From: Octopus vulgaris
Taxonomy: Eukaryota
Reading direction: 5' to 3'
Length of the DNA stretch: 64,000 nt
Assembly: GCA_951406725.2 (NCBI GenBank)
Contig: OX597815.1
Span: 15,376,001 to 15,440,000, forward strand
Shown: piece by piece, positions 25,429-39,130 of the stretch
How positions within the stretch are numbered: position 1 is the first letter of the stretch
How the letters are laid out: every line of letters starts with the position of its first letter
The notes under the pieces: generated by a model
The model's input: only the letters and a program-made list of their open reading frames with translations
What the model was told of the DNA's origin: nothing
Database searches by the model: none
Position numbers and translations under genes: made by a program

Positions 25429-26890
25429 GGTGGTGGTGGTGGTGGTGGTGGTGTTGGCGGTGGGCGGTAGTGGTGGTAGTGGTGGTGGTGGTGATGGTAG
25501 TGGTGGTGATGATGGTAGTGGTGGTGGTAATGGTAGTGGTGGTGGTGATGGTAGTGGTGGTGGTGGTGGTGGTGGTGTTTGTGGGCGGTAGTAGTGGTAG
25601 TGGTGGTAGTGGTGGTAGTGGTGGTGGTGATGGTAGTGGTGTGGTGATGGTAGTGGTGGTGGTGATGGTAGTGGTGGTGGTGGTGGTGGTGGTGTTGATG
25701 GTAGTGTGGTGGTGGTGGTGGTGGTGGTGGTGGTGGTGGTGGTGGTGGTGGTGGTGGTGGTGGTGGTGTGTAGTGGTGGTGTTGATGGTAGTGGTGGTGG
25801 TGGTGGTGGTGGTGGTGGCGGTGGGCGGTAGTGGTGGTAGTGATGGTAGTGGTGGTGGTGATGGTAGTGGTGGTGGTGATGGTAGTGGTGGTGGTGATGG
25901 TAGTGGTGGTGGTGATGGTAGTGGTGGTGGTGATGGTAGTGGTGGTGGTGATGGTAGTGGTGGTGTTGATGGTAGTGGTGGTGGTGATGGTAGTGGTGGT
26001 GGTGATGGTAGTGGTGGTGGGTAGTGGTGGTGTTGATGGTAGTGGTGGTGGTGATGGTAGTGGTGGTGGTGATGGTGATGGTAGTGGTGGTGGTGATGGT
26101 AGTGGTGGTGGTGATGGTAGTGGTGGTGGTGATGGTAGTGGTGGTGGTGATGGTAGTGGTGGTGGTGATGGTAGTGGTGGTGATGGTAGTGGTGGTGGTG
26201 ATGGTAGTGGTGGTGGTGATGGTAGTGGTGGTGGTGATGGTAGTGGTGGTGGTGATGGTGGTGGTGGTGGTGGTGGTGGTGGTGGTGGTGGTGGTAGTGG
26301 TGGTGTTGATGGTAGTGGTGGTGGTGATGGTAGTGGTGGTGGTGATGGTGGTGGTGGTGGTGGTGGTAGTGGTGGTGGTGATGGTAGTGGTGGTGGTGGT
26401 GGTAGTGGTGGTGGTGATGGTAGTGGTAGTGGTGGTGATGTATGGTGGTGGTGGTGGTGGTGGTGGTGGTGGTGGTGGTGGTGGTGGCGGTGGGCGGTAG
26501 TGGTGGTAGTGATGGTAGTGGTGTGGTGATGGTAGTGGTGGTGGTGATGGTAGTGGTGGTGGTGATGGTAGTGGTGGTGGTATTGTGGTGGTGGTGATGG
26601 TAGTGGTGGTGGTGATGGTAGTGGTGGTGGTGATGGTAGTGGTGGTGTTGATGGTAGTGGTGGTGGTGATGGTAGTGGTGGTGTTGATGGTAGTGGTGGT
26701 GGTGATGGTAGTGGTGGTGGTGATGGTAGTGGTGGTGGTGATGGTAGTGGTGGTGGTGATGGTAGTGGTGGTGGTGATGGTAGTGGTGGTGGTGATGGTA
26801 GTGGTGGTGTTGATGGTAGTGGTAGTGTGATGGTAGTGGTGGTGGTGATGGTAGTGGTGGTGGTGATGGTGTGTGTGGTGTGTGTGTGGT

Positions 26891-26943
<53 letters not shown>

Positions 26944-28160
26944 TGGTGGTGGTGATGGTAGTGGTGGTGGTGATGGTAGTGGTGGTGGTGATGGTAGTGG
27001 TGGTGGTGATGGTAGTGGTGGTGGTGATGGTAGTGGTGGTGGTGATGGTAGTGGTGGTGGTGATGGTAGTGGTGGTGGTGATGGTAGTGGTGGTGGTGAT
27101 GGTAGTGGTGGTGATGGTGGTGGTGGTGGTGATGGTAGTGGTGGTGTTGATGGTAGTGGTGGTGTGATGTGGTGGTGGTGATGGTAGTGGTGGTGGTGAT
27201 GGTAGTGGTGGTGGTGATGGTAGTGGTGGTGATGGTAGTGGTGGTGGTGATGGTAGTGGTGGTGGTGATGGTAGTGGTGGTGGTGATGGTAGTGGTGGTG
27301 GTGATGGTAGTGGTGGTGGTGATGGTAGTGGTGGTGATGGTAGTGGTGGTGGTAGTGGTGGTGGTGATGGTAGTGGTGGTGGTGATGGTAGTGGTGGTGG
27401 TGATGGTAGTGGTGGTGGTGATGGTAGTGGTGGTGGTGATGGTAGTGGTGGTGGTGATGAGTGGTGGTGGTGATGGTAGTGGTGGTGGTGATGGTAGTGG
27501 TATGGTGGTGATGGTAGTGGTGGTGGTGATGGTAGTGGTGGTGTTGATGGTAGTGGTGGTGGTGATGGTAGTGGTGGTGGTGATGGTAGTGGTGGTGGTG
27601 ATGGTAGTGGTGGTGGTGATGGTAGTGGTGGTGGTGATGGTAGTGGTGGTGGTGATGGTAGTGGTGGTGGTGATGGTAGTGGTGGTGGTGATGGTATTTG
27701 TTGATGGTAGTGGTGGTTATGGTAGTGGTGGTGGTGATTAGTGGTGGTGGTATTAGTGGTGGTGGTGATGGTAGTGGTGGTGGTGATGGTAGTGGTGGTG
27801 TTGATGGTAGTGGTGGTGGTGGTGGTGGTGGTGGTGGCGGTGGGGCGGTAGTGGTGGTAGTGATGGTAGTGGTGGTGATGGTGGTGGTGGTGGTGGTGGT
27901 GGTGGCGGTGGGCGGTAGTGGTGGTAGTGGTGGTGGTGATGGTAGTGGTGGTGGTGGTGGTGGTGGTGGTGGCGGTGGCGGTAGTGGTGGTAGTGATGGT
28001 AGTGGTGGTGTGGTGGTGATGGTGGTGGTGGTGGTATTGGTTGTATTGTATGGTGTGATGGTATTGTGGTGGTGGTGTGGTGTGGTGGTGGCGGTTATGG
28101 TGGTATTTGGTAGTGGTGGTTATGGTATTGGCGGCGGCGGCTGTGGTGGTGGTGGTCGTC
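25429..28160. repeat. GGT-rich satellite, dominant 18-bp unit GGTGATGGTAGTGGTGGT
   Basis: About 2.7 kb of tandem repeat, with interspersed (GGT)n runs and one (GT)n block. Confidence 0.95.
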
Positions 28161-28424
28161 GTCGTCGTGGTGTTAATATTGGTACTTCCTCCATCCCTCT
28201 TTCAGTCTTTGGTAATTGTTGACCGAGGAATGCAGGGCATCTGCTGGATGGCCATAGACTGTCCATACAGAGATACACACACACACATATATATATACAC
28301 ATACTTATAGATTATATAGACACGAAGAAGCCTATACGCATACATACGCACTGACACATACAAAAATACACAGACATACGGCTACATTTAATATGTGTTT
28401 GTAGGAGCATGTCTATATGTACGT

Positions 28425-28541
28425 GGGTCGGGGTTCGGTCCCACTGTGTGTATCATGTTGGGGCAAGTGTCTTCTCCTAAAGCCGCGGACCGACCCAAGC
28501 TCTGTGAGTGGATTTGGTAGGCGGAAACTGAAAGAAGCCCA

Positions 28542-28585
<44 letters not shown>

Positions 28586-28829
28586 GTGTGTGTGTGTGTC
28601 TGTGTGTGCGTGTGTGTGTGTTTCTGTGTCTGTATTTGTCCCTCACCACCGCTTGGCAACCAGTGCTGGTATGTTTACGTCCCCGAAACTTAGCAGCTCG
28701 GCAAAAGTGAGCGATACAATAAGCAGCCGGCTTTAAAATAAAGTACTAGTGCTGACACACTCGACTAAAAAATTTTCAAGGTGGTGCCCCAGCATGACCG
28801 CAGTCTAATGACTGAAACAAGTAAAAAGA

Positions 28830-28830
<1 letters not shown>
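28425..28830 (+). mobile_element. CORE-type SINE family B (diverged)
   Basis: Family match. Confidence 0.8.
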
Positions 28831-28887
<57 letters not shown>

Positions 28888-29566
28888 GGGGTGGGGGTTG
28901 TCTACTTCTTATTCAGAGTTTCACCACCTCCTGTACCTACACCTTAAATCCATCATGGCATCTGATGTGGCCTTTTATACCAGACAATGTATTGAAAAGA
29001 CACCCACATAGATTGCATATCTGATTTGGACCACCGAAAGCTGCAGTTAAGTTCTGATCTTTGTGGATCTTAAAATGTCTTTTGAGGCTTCCGTGCACAG
29101 ACATATAGGCAGAATGATTGGTGGAGATTTATTTTTCATGGACATCTGTTCACTATTTTCCACTCGTTCTGGTTTAACTACCCTCCATGTTTGTTTTCGT
29201 TCGGTTGTCTTGTTTTTGTTCCCAACTTTGACTTTCCACAAACCCTAAATTTTATTTTAGAATTTATGGGAACAACTGTCTTTGAAGACTCATATTGTCC
29301 GTGAATGCTCGAAATGAGGAGTAGATAGACAGCCGACAATTGATGAAGGGTCGTTTCTCTGTTTACTTCTCCTGTTTTCTATTTTTTACCTATCGTTGTT
29401 TACATATTTAACTCGTCCTGTACTCATATTTGCATATATATATATACGTATGTGTGTGTATGTATGTATGTATGTATGTATGTATGTATGTATGTATGTA
29501 TGAATGTATGTATGTATGTATGTATATATATATGTAACATATATATGTAAAGATATACACATGTAT

Positions 29567-29623
<57 letters not shown>

Positions 29624-30037
29624 GAAACGTGAGATGTAACATATGATAAACTTCGGAAGAGAATTGGCAACTCAAGGGAAGCATTTGAAAATGGAATTTA
29701 CAAATAGATAATTGGAACGCAGTGGCGGTCTCGCTTGGCTGGGATCCTACTATTGTTTCCAAGAACTCACCGATCCAGGCCAACGCACATTACCTCATTC
29801 TACACACATTACCTCTATCCAGCGCACGTTACCTCATACTGTATAAATCAATGACGACCCAACATTTTCACCTCGGCTTTCGAATGCAATTATTTTAATG
29901 TCTGGCCTTAAGTTCCATCGAATAGCCAGCTAAATTTGCGAATGAGAAATACACAGACCTTAATAGAATGCCCGATTGCTGTAGAGAACACATAGAGATT
30001 TGGTACTATACCCGATTACTTGATTAAATCAAAGTAA

Positions 30038-30442
30038 TCTTTATATATAAAAGTCAAGTTGTGTGTCTGTCTCCAACGATTTAGATTCCTAACTACTCCC
30101 ACATTTTGCGGTGCAGTTTAACCAAAAGCGGGTATCTTATAGTCGTGATTCATATCGAGCCCTTCTGGGTATTAGCGTGCGTCTACGATGAGTTTACGAT
30201 TTAAAAAAAAAAATTACCATCAATTTTTTACATTTTTAATGCATTTTCGCTCGGTTTATATAAGGGAAGTAACTCTCTAAAAATGTATTATTAAATCTCA
30301 GAACGTAAAAAGCTACAGCAACACCGCCCCCCCCCCCCTTTGTGGTTAGCCATATTGAGATGGCTATTATACTTTACATCTCTAAAATGCTTATAAAGTT
30401 ATTTTCCTTATAAACCCGAGCAACGCCGGGCGATACTGCTAG
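30038..30442 (+). mobile_element. Non-autonomous Helitron
   Basis: A|TC start, subterminal hairpin CCCGAGCAACGCCGGG, CTAG|T end, no TSD. Shares ends with 47468-47980. Confidence 0.85.
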
Positions 30443-30653
30443 TATCGAATAAATGGTTTGTTCAGAAACACAGAGTAGAAATTCCAATTGTGTGTTTCAA
30501 CATACGCGCTAGAACTTGTCATACCAATATTTTAGCCTCTCGGTCATTTTGCTTGTATAAAACCTCGGCTTAGCCTGAGAATATCTCAGGTAAATGATTC
30601 CCCGTTGAGTGACCCGAATTCCTCCATCGCTGCAGTAATATTGAATCATGTCA

Positions 30654-30775
30654 CGGCAGCGAGCTGGCAGAAACGTTAGCACGCCGGGCGAAATGCTTAG
30701 CGGTATTTCGTCTGCCGTTACGTTCTGAGTTCAAATTCCGCCGAGGTCGATTTTAGCTTTCATCCTTTCGGGGTA
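30654..30775 (+). mobile_element. SINE family A, 3'-truncated
   Basis: Head and core match family A. Confidence 0.8.
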
Positions 30776-30939
30776 AAATTGTTGATATAATCGAAAAGCC
30801 GAAGAACTTCTGACAAAGAATTCCGTCAGATCACAACTATGTAGGATGTACCCTTTTCAGAATACCATATGCACCAATGATAACTGCATGGTATGTAGGA
30901 TTAGCCCTGGCATTAACTATATATATATATATATGTATG

Positions 30940-31142
<203 letters not shown>

Positions 31143-31794
31143 GTATGTATATATGTATGTATGTATAGGGATGATATTATTAAGATACCATCACGAGTGG
31201 TAAGCGAATTATCAGCCATACAGGCATATTAATGAATTATATGCATACAATATTAGATCTATACACACACACACATATATACGCACGCACGCAAAAAGGA
31301 TATGTGTAAATATATGTATTTGTATGTGTGTTTGTGTGTGTAAGAATTGGTGTAAAAATTATTACATTCGTTTATTTCCCAATAGTACGCAGATTTCTAT
31401 TTCAGGTTGATATAATAAACGTACTCTGATTCAATGAATGAAGGCACAACGAACGAAGTCGTCAAGCGTCCGACCCACGTCGCTATTATTAACGAAAACA
31501 GATATTAATAATAACTAATTTTAATATTATTAATGAGGATAAATAAAGCAGGCAGCAGAAGAGAATGGCGGGGGGGGGGGAAGACAGGAAAACAAAGAGG
31601 AAATGAATACGAGAGCAACAATAGAGTCAGACTTCCAAAGTTCTAAAAGCTGAAGGTCAGTTATATGAGGATAAGAATTGGTCAAAGCAAAATACTTTAC
31701 GTAAAATCAAACTGACTGGGAAAAGAAGAATATGCAATTAAGAAAACAAAATCACTTCATACAGGCATACATTTATACATAAATACATCCATTC

Positions 31795-31881
<87 letters not shown>

Positions 31882-31882
31882 C

Positions 31883-31957
<75 letters not shown>

Positions 31958-32018
31958 CATCTATTTATCCATCTATCTATCTATCCATCTATCTAGCTAT
32001 CTATCTATCTATCTATCC

Positions 32019-32080
<62 letters not shown>

Positions 32081-32139
32081 TTGTCTGTCCCTACATACAT
32101 ACATACATACATACATACATACATACATACATACATACA

Positions 32140-32168
<29 letters not shown>
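31795..32168. repeat. (TCTA)n + (TACA)n microsatellite
   Basis: Seen directly. Confidence 0.95.
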
Positions 32169-32171
<3 letters not shown>

Positions 32172-32269
32172 GATACTGTAGCTAGGACACTCTATAATGA
32201 AATCCGTCGGAAGGATAACCCCGATGACAAAGAAAAGTAAGAACCCACAATATGGTAGAAGTCATAAGA

Positions 32270-32980
32270 CAGACAGAGAAAAAAAGGTGGCAGTGGATGA
32301 CTAAAATGATTTAAAACCGGAAACGGAGGCCTTAATCTGTGCTGCCCAAGAGCAAGCACTAAGAACAAACTACATAAAATACAGAATAGACAACACATCA
32401 GAAAGTGATAAGTGCAGAATCTGTGGACAAAACGGTGAAACCGTATGGCATATTACCAGCCAATGTACGCCACTAGCCCAGAAGGAATATAAGAGACGCC
32501 ACGACAATATAGCAAGGTTTGTCCATTGGACACTTTGCAACAAGTATGGACTTGACAGAGCAAAAAATTGGTACGACCACAAACCTGAAGGCGTCGTCGA
32601 AAATAGAAATGCAAAGATCCTTTGGGATTTTATGATTCAGTGCGACCATGAGATTGAGAATAGGAAGCCAGACATAGTCTCAATTGAGAAAGAAAACAAA
32701 CCATGCTGGATCATAGATATAGCATGCACAGCTGAGAACAAGGTATACGATAAGGAAGAAAGAAAAGTCGAGAGATATGACAGGTTAGCTTGAGAAGTTA
32801 AGCATTTGTGGTCGATGAAGAATGTAGTGGTAGTACCAATAATTGTTGGAGCCCTGGGAACAGTGAGAAAAAATCTCGAGAAGTACGTGGAACAAATAGG
32901 GGCTGCAATAAGGGTGGAGTACTTGCAAAAAACGGCACTGCTTGGAACCGCTCGAATACTCCGGAAGGTGCTCGAAAAAA
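32270..32980 (+). mobile_element. R4/Dong-like non-LTR retrotransposon 3' fragment (CCHC knuckle + restriction-like endonuclease)
   Basis: CRICGQNGETVWHITSQC...KRRHDNI...KPDIV...IIDIAC...VVVVPIIVGALG...LQKTALLGTARILRKVL, with an in-frame stop. Confidence 0.8.
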
Positions 32981-33288
32981 TAAATATATATATATATGTA
33001 TATATACAAAAATTTATAAGTACAAAATTATTAATTTTAAATTTTTTTAATTTTAACTTTAAATTTAAATAATTTAAATTTTGAATTTTATATTTTATAT
33101 ATTTTGTATATTATATTAATTAATTTTATTTCTATGTTTTGGTTTATGTTTTTCACTGTTTGATTTGCCTTATAGTGGTTTTATCTCTAATTTATTATAT
33201 ATATATACTGTAAAATTAGATGTAATCCTAAATCTAATTTTTCCCTGTAAGTTTGGATTTACTCCCTAACATTATTATTATTATAATT

Positions 33289-33353
<65 letters not shown>

Positions 33354-33463
33354 GGAACAAAAACGCTATAGAGGACAATAAAACATTCGGACAGATAGAC
33401 GATACAAAGGCGGAGAGGAGAAACCGCAATTAGGACAGGTAAAAGACGGGTCATTCGTAACCT

Positions 33464-33563
33464 NNNNNNNNNNNNNNNNNNNNNNNNNNNNNNNNNNNNN
33501 NNNNNNNNNNNNNNNNNNNNNNNNNNNNNNNNNNNNNNNNNNNNNNNNNNNNNNNNNNNNNNN
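33464..33563. other. Assembly gap (100 N)
   Basis: Run of exactly 100 N, typical of a gap of unknown size. Confidence 0.99.
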
Positions 33564-33620
33564 CTTCATGCATATATATATATGTGCATGAAGTGTATAT
33601 TATATACGGATACGTTTGCA

Positions 33621-33661
<41 letters not shown>

Positions 33662-36600
33662 CACATACGATCAGATCCCTTCCACAAAAATCCGTTTTCC
33701 ATACTACAGTCCTGTGTATATACGTTATTATGTTATATGCACTCTAAGTACACTCAACACCTGTCTATATAATTGTCTATATATATTCTAAACGTACAAA
33801 TAAATTGTCTTAATGTATATTACATATGCACTCTACGCACACTTCCGATGTGACTATGTACACCATAATCTCTGATAATTATGCATTCCCCCGCCCAGGC
33901 GACCTCACCATTAGTCATAATGAACACCGTATTAAGTTGTTACTTTGATGTGTTTTTATCCTTTCACTATTTAATTACTAACTTTAATAATACCCTTCCA
34001 TGGCCACTACCTACTAGATACGATCCGGCGAGTATGCTCGACCTGTAAGACAATATCAGTGAAATCTCCCTCAAATCACATCTTTATTAACTTAGAAAGA
34101 AAGGGCACATTTTATAATATAGTCCTAGATATGAAAAGGCAAAACTGGAACGGCTTTGGTCATAGGTCTGCTCGATCAGGGCTAATTTGGGGCTAACGAC
34201 AGCACTAAATTCACACCACCACTACTACTAATAATATTGATATCAGCAATTACTGCTGGGTCCTTGTTTGTCCTCTAACTCGCATTCACTCCGATAAACC
34301 TTGCGCATATCTTCGAGTTCGATTCAATCAAGAAGACCCACTTCCTCCTTATAAAACTGCAGGGATGTATTGTGGCAAAAGATATTCATATTAATTTAAT
34401 GTATGTTGAGAGCATCGTAGCGGATTCGAAAACTGTTGGATAATCGAGATATACCTCGATTCGCTGTTTCGCTTCACTTTTGCCCTTGGAAAGCCCTGTC
34501 CCATAATCTCAAACCCCCTCCGAAATAAATACTGTACCATGTGTACCTATGTATGTTAAGTTCGTTGTTATGTGAGGCATAAACTTTAGTCTTTATGCAA
34601 AAAGAAATTTAATTTATTTACCTAAGCAGTGCTCTTTGAAAGCAACTTATTTCACTAAATAAAAAGAATATAGGTTAGCTACTGATGCATCAAGTCCGTG
34701 ACCCTGTTTCGATTCTCTTTGGGCCGTTTGTTTCCACTTTGCTAATGCCCTTGGAGAAAACAGCTGCTATAGACCCCGATTCCTTCATACCTACATCAGA
34801 AGGAAATATTCTATAGGTAATGATTTCCTTATAAAAACGGTGGTGAATATACTTTTTTAATGCAAGAAAATAGCAAGGAAATAAGAACTTGTTAGAGGTT
34901 CGTCTGCACTGAGAAAAATAACGAATCTTTAAAGTAACAAATTCTTACGTTTGCAATTTATAGTAAATAACTATTTAGATCTTAAGGATGAAAGCTTTTT
35001 TTGTTTTAATGAATTTTTAGAGATTTCGTCTGTGGATTTAGTGGAATTCTCCACCTCAACCTTATTTTGGTGGTACCCTCTCAAGGACTTACTGTAACCC
35101 GTAACCAGGCCACTACAGATTGCGTAAAGTGAATCGGCACATGATACGTACTGATTAAATCTGAATGTAGAACAACAGAAGAAATAAGTGTGTCGTTAGA
35201 TGGATGATTGTAGTGGCTGATGGTGTTGGGGGAGGAGGTAGTAGTGACTGTGATTGCAGCAATAGTGATGATAGTGTTTGTATGTTGTGATGTTGGTGAT
35301 GGTAGCTGTGTTGTTGTAGTGATGGTTATTGTATCGTTGTGGTGGTGATAATAGTAATGCCCTTATGTTGTGGTGGTGGTGGTGGTGGTGATGATGATGG
35401 TGGCAATAACCATCATAGTATTGGTGACGTTAGTAATGGATGTACGTTGGTGTGGTGGTGGTTGTGATATCTGCATGTTGCTATGATGGTAGTTGTTTGA
35501 ATGGTAGTAGTAGTAGTAGTGGCGGCTGTATGTTGGTGGTGGTGGTGGTGATGAGGTGGGCCAGTGGTTATATGTGGTGATAGTGATAAATGTATTTTGG
35601 AGTGATGATGGCTGGAACCCGTTTGAAAAAGCAAACTGATCGCCCTCAAACCATACCATGTCATCTTAAGACAAAGGGAAGACTATTGTATACTGTAGTC
35701 CCAGATACAGTCTGAATAAAAGATGGTATAGTCATTATTCAAATGTCGCTTTCGGGGTCGGTAAAATAGATACCAGTTGACCAGTGGGGGTCGATGTAAT
35801 CGACTCTTCCCTCCCCTTAAAAATTCTGGTTGTGTACCCATAGCAGAGAGAATTATCATTATCTAACTGTGAAGTCATTTAAGTGCTATTATTTATGCAT
35901 TTGACCAGCTTCTTCACAATTCCTGTCCGTTCATATAAGGAACCTGTTGTAGGATTTATCCCCCTGATAAACAATGCAGTGGGATTGAACTTGGGACCAA
36001 TTGGTTACAATGCACGATTTGTAACCACACAGCTATACTTGAGCATGGGGTCTGCTCGATCAGAACTAATTTGTGTCTAAATAACAACATCAAGATGATT
36101 AAATAGTATAGTTTTCATTCAGAGTTCAACAACAGTTCAACTATCTTATTCTTTTGCTAATTTCAGTCGTTGAAATGTGGCCATTCTGGGATACTGCCTT
36201 CAAAGTTATGCTTAATTACGTTTTTTTTTTAGTTTATTTAGAGGAGGAAGTATAGATCTCATGATGTTGTACATGCACGTGTGTGGTGTATGTGCGTGCG
36301 CCCGCGTAAGGCCTCTAGGAGTATTGAAGAGAAAAGTAAGGAACAAGCCGTAATTCATAAACTATCCTTACACCAAATCCCTGGTCTGGATGCTTGCAAT
36401 AGAGTAAAATCTGCCAAAGGAACTCAAGGGCCAGCTGCTGGTGTTAACTTTGGTGACACATTAAGTATATTCACACAAAATGCTCATATTCTTCACCCCA
36501 GAAAGTGGAAAGGCAAAATCAGCCCCAGTCTGATTTGAACTCAGTGCGTAAAAGGGACATAACTAGACACATCAAGTTTATTTTGTTCATTGCGCTTTTG

Positions 36601-37410
36601 ACTCTATTTGTCCACCACGTATATGCATAGCCTCAGGTCAATCAAAGCCTTGTGAATAGATTTGCTAGACGGAAAGTGAAAGAAGCCCACCCTATATATA
36701 TATATTTATGTATGTTTATGAATATATATGTGCGCGTGAAGAACTAGATGTGCACGTGTTTGTGTTTCTTTGTCATCACATGATAGTTGTAAAGAAGTAT
36801 TTTCCTCATACAAGTGGTTTCGTTCATTTCCATCCTACTGTATAGATATGTCTAGCTCAGTGGTGGCTCGTGTATAAGCTCTGCGGAACTGCAGCATCCC
36901 CTATTTCCACTCGATATTAACATTCAATATAATGAGTCCTTTTTTCTTTAATTCTTTCTTTATACTTGTACAGTATATAACCCTTAAGCTTAATATCAGT
37001 AATCATCTCCTAGTTTATGAAAAAAAAATACAAAAGTCCTCGTATAGAATTGTGTGATTCACAGTTCCAGCGACGTGGTGTTTGGTTGTTGTGCACATGC
37101 TCACACGTCCGAGATAGGAAGCTGCACACTAGGGGGAGAGAGCACTGTCGTTCATCAGTGCCGCCCCTGATGTGCTGGAGAAAGGTAGTGTTTCTTTTTG
37201 ACTCTGTGTGTGTTGTGCTTAAAAATGTGTTTATATTCTTGAATGGGATAAAGTGTAGAATTAGATTATTATCCTGCTTCCAGCTAGTGTTACTGCCAGG
37301 ATATGAAAATTAGGGCAGATTTTCCCCCCTTATTTTGTGATTTAGGTGGGATTTTTGAAAAACAAAGGGGAATTCACAGCAGTGTTCAGTGAACAAATTA
37401 AACACATTAC

Positions 37411-37420
37411 CCGGAAGTGG
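37411..37420 (+). promoter_or_regulatory. ETS motif CCGGAAGTGG, candidate XPR1 promoter
   Basis: Perfect ETS consensus in unique sequence 3.4 kb upstream of the ATG exon. That exon has its own acceptor (tttcag, 40758), which suggests an upstream non-coding exon. Confidence 0.3.
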
Positions 37421-37712
37421 CTAAAACATGAACCGATTGAGTTCATGTATTAATATTCTTTTTATATGTTTGTTTCCTTTTACACAATATTAAAACAACC
37501 GCTAAACGTTTTCTGAAGCAGCACCCCCACTAATTTTATCTTTGAGCTGCCACTCAAAGATAGCCATAGAGAAATATTACCTAGCCTGGAAACAGGTGGT
37601 GGCTGGCAACAGGATGGGTGTCCAGCTGGAGAAAAATCTGCCTCAGTGAATTCTATGCACATTTGGGAAAGTGGACATTAAAAAAAAATATTTCTTAATT
37701 CTTCAAACAGAC

Positions 37713-38116
37713 TCGTTTACTTGTTTCAGTCATTTGACTGTGGCCATGCTGGAGCACCGCCTTTATTCGAGCAAATCGACCCCAGGACTTATTCTTTGTG
37801 AGCCTAGTATTTATTCTATCGGTCTCTTTTGCCAAACCACTAAGTTACGGGGATGTAAACACACCACCATCGGTTGTCAAGCAATGTTGGGGGGACAAAT
37901 ACAGACACACAAACATATACACACACACACACGCACACACATACATATATACGATGGGCTTCTTTCAGTTTCCGTCTACCAAATCCACTCACAAGGCTTT
38001 GGTCGGCCTGAGGCTATAGTAGAAGACACTTGCCCAAGGTGCCACGCAGTGTGACTGAACCCGGAACCATGTGGTTGGTAAGCAAGCTACTTACCACACA
38101 GCCACTCTTACGCCTA
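37713..38116 (-). mobile_element. CORE-type SINE family B
   Basis: Full-length family match. Confidence 0.85.
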
Positions 38117-38710
38117 TATTAACAAATTAGCAACAATGTTTTTGGAAATCATTTTGAAGTTAACTATAAATTATTATATTCAACTAGAAATTAACTCCAA
38201 CTCTAACCCCTAATCATAAATCTAAACCTCTAAAATAATGATTTTAACTTTATAGTATATGATATTAAATTATTTATGGGCAGTGTTATTTTTACTGAAT
38301 TTATTAAATAAATTGTGTTAGCTTCCATAGCTTATGTTGTATTTTTAAAGTAAATACAACTCTGCAAGTTGACCATCTGATAACTTTTCCTAATGTCCAT
38401 GAGTATTATTTAACCTCAAACATTTTATTTTGTTATTGTCCCTGATAGTGAAAGAGAACTCATTGACTATCATGAGGTTTGAGTACACAACTTTTACATT
38501 CTTATGATATCTTTTGTCGTTTATATATTTCTGTCATTAGACAGTGGCCATGCTTCAAGAATTTTTAATCGAATGAAACAATAATCCCTGTACTTTTTAT
38601 TTTTTTAAGCCTTGCACTTATTCTATTAGTCACCTTTGCTGAACTGCTAAGTTATGGCCAACACCAGTTGCCAAGCAATGAAAGGGAGTACAAACACAAA
38701 TACAAAGGTA

Positions 38711-39130
38711 CATCATCATTGTTCGACCGTGGTCGTGACAATGGAATTTACCATGCTACGCCAGACTTCACGGTCCTGTTGCTGGATGCTTGTATCCCTG
38801 GAGATTACATCAGGGTAGGAGAGTGTGCACCCTCTGGTATTGCGAGTAGATGGCTTCCAGAGGAGAAGAGTAGAAATTGCCTCGTTTTCAGCTCTACAAC
38901 AATGTCCAGCAAACTGGACTCTCCTACCTTTCACAAGAGATGACACAGGTGGTAGTTTCCCATATATTTGCATTTTGGTTGGATGGCGCTTCCACGAGAG
39001 ATTTTGAGCTCTCATAAGGAGGCGAGTGTAGGTTCCATCCAACCGCCTCTCAAGCTTCTTTGATAACATCCAGGTTTCTGAGCCATGTAGTGGAATTGGT
39101 TCAAGTGTGGCTTTGAAGAGTTCAAGTTTG
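38711..39130 (-). mobile_element. RTE/RTEX-like LINE 3' fragment nested in a SINE B copy (38525-39290)
   Basis: LFKATLEPIPLHGSETW...LDGTYTRLLMRAQNLSW...RRVQFAGHCCR. SINE halves lie on both sides. Confidence 0.8.

Noticed and set aside
36270-36765. CACGTG boxes upstream of XPR1 as a Pho4-like phosphate regulon
   Set aside because: They sit in TG/CA-rich repeat-derived sequence where the motif arises by chance, and Pho4 is fungal.
36858-37170. Possible MITE with CAGTGGTGGC...GCCGCCCCTG ends
   Set aside because: TIRs are imperfect, there is no clean TSD, and it is single-copy in the window.
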